DNA from: Tricharina praecox
Lineage: Eukaryota
NCBI RefSeq assembly: GCF_024521635.1
Contig: NW_026250407.1
Location: 1,488,001 to 1,552,000 of the forward strand
Reading direction: 5' to 3'
Length of the DNA: 64,000 bases
In this document: positions 62,483 to 64,000 of the stretch, piece after piece
Layout: every line of letters starts with the position of its first letter
How positions within the stretch are numbered: the stretch's first letter is position 1
Position numbers and translations under genes: made by a program
Notes under the pieces: model-generated
Databases searched by the model: none
Told to the model about the DNA's origin: nothing
Seen by the model: only the letters and a program-made list of their open reading frames with translations

Positions 62483-63121
62483 ATTTTCATTTGATTTTCG
62501 CGTTCGATGTTTGTGATGTTTCTAATGATTCCGGATGTGGGGTTCTCGGAGTGGTAGTAGGTGGTGGATTTTGTTCATGCAATTAGTGTTTTTTTACGCC
62601 AAAAGCATTGCTTTTACTGTGTAATTCTGTGTTTGAAAAGTTTGTGTAATGATACGAATGATTGGTGCTCTTTGCACAAATGTTTTGTCAAGCGACTGGA
62701 TTTCGATCACGTAGTGTTGCCATCGGGGAGTCGCTTCAATCTGAAGGTTATCTTCCATAGAGATTCCGCGGACAGGGTGAACCGTGAGCCTAGAAGCATC
62801 TATGGATTCATCAGAATTTGCGGAAATATATCCATAGAGAAGTAAAGTTCATAAGGGCCAGAGTTCGTTGTGGGTGGGAAGGTCTTCTGTGTACTTTCGC
62901 ATTCTCCATACACTAGCCGAGAGCTACTTTTGACTCCTCAACTCTCCATTCACACCTCCTCTACTTTCACAACTGTTTATAACCCTCCACTCGCACCACC
63001 TCCTCTACTTTCGCAACTACCCTCCACTCGACCCACAACTCCTCCTCTACTTTCACAGCTACACGCAACACCAGCGCACTCCACACCTCTCATACTACCT
63101 AGACAGCCAACGAAATCCATC

Positions 63122-63670
63122 ATGGCAAAGACGAAGACAATCGCCCGCCCAGCAGCAGCAGCTACGCGCACCTCGACGCGCATCCAGAAGAACAAGAACA
63201 AGAAGGCGGCCAGCGCGATTATCGCCAGCGCAATCCCTACCACCGCCATCCCCGTTCCCCCCGCAAAGCGCTTCGTCGGGCCCCTCCCCCTCGACCCCAT
63301 GAGCCCCGACGCAAAGCTATTTCGTGCTGGCTGTGCTGGCGGTGCTGGCATCAGCATGGTGATCTGCTTCAAGATCAAGAGTAAGGCACTTGATGGTGCG
63401 GACTTCCTCCCCCCTCCCCCCCCCTCCGCCCGCCACCGTGGAGCCCGGCTGACAGTCAGCGCAGCCGCCCTCGCGAAGAAGATGAGCCTCCTGGAGCACC
63501 CGGATCGTCCCGGGATGTTGATCCGTGGTGGCGACGACTCCGTTGAGGCTCACGATGTGGAGCGGGAGCTCAAAGAGATGAGGAAGCGGGCGGTGGAGCA
63601 GCTCGGCGGTGGGGAGAGCTGCGAGAGGGTGGCGAAGAGGTTGGGGGATATGCTCCTTGCTGAGTCCTGA
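63122..63670 (+). CDS. Hypothetical small basic protein (182 aa), no recognised family
   Basis: ATG in good context (ATCATGG) after a C/T-rich leader and TATAA at about 62978. Codons are C/G-ending. K/R/A-rich N-terminus and helical charged C-terminus. Confidence 0.5.
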   Translation: MAKTKTIARPAAAATRTSTRIQKNKNKKAASAIIASAIPTTAIPVPPAKRFVGPLPLDPMSPDAKLFRAGCAGGAGISMVICFKIKSKALDGADFLPPPPPSARHRGARLTVSAAALAKKMSLLEHPDRPGMLIRGGDDSVEAHDVERELKEMRKRAVEQLGGGESCERVAKRLGDMLLAES

Positions 63671-64000
63671 TGGCCTACTTCATCGACCAGTTTCAGATGC
63701 CTGAAGCCTGAAGGCATACGAAGAAGAAGACAACTAACTACTAGACTCTTGAGGACTAAGCTCACGGAGCTGAAGAGATCAAGAGATCAAGAGGCGGAGG
63801 AGAAGCAGTGGAGAATGGAGGATGGCCTGGCGGGAGAGGGTGGTTAATTGGGACCCTCAGTAACCAGTTTGGCCTGGAAGTTGGGATCCACGGTGATGGA
63901 CTCTGGAGTATATGCTATTGAGAATTTTTTTAGAAAATGTTTCTTTACACTTCACTATTCTTCTAGCTTTTTCTTCATGTTGCGGTGTTGCAAATGTAGC

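Noticed and set aside
1..64000. tRNA, rRNA or snRNA genes
   Set aside because: None recognised by eye. A tRNAscan-SE/Infernal run would be needed to exclude them.

Overview
Genomic DNA of a filamentous ascomycete (short GT..CTRAC..YAG introns). The left third (about 0.8-22 kb) looks accessory. It holds a decayed Tad1-like LINE fragment, a DHA1-type MFS pump, and a six-gene aromatic-catabolism cluster: GFA/CENP-V protein, Zn2Cys6 regulator, ACS/Dal5-type MFS permease, flavin aromatic hydroxylase, cupin gentisate 1,2-dioxygenase and FAH-family hydrolase. A 19-bp minisatellite closes this segment. The cluster's gene content mirrors the Candida parapsilosis gentisate cluster, it lacks a canonical maleylpyruvate isomerase, and its promoters share CGGA-N6-CCG (CGG-N7-CCG) sites, mostly in pairs. 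The rest is a housekeeping block: UTP7, a Gyp5-like Rab-GAP, the TOM1 HECT ligase, PRPP synthetase, RPS6, RPS16 and an ATS1-like RCC1 protein. RPS6 can only be spliced in frame through a 2-nt micro-exon. The window ends with a large secreted mucin-like protein built from about 150 18-bp repeats and an orphan basic ORF. All exon boundaries were read by eye and are predictions.
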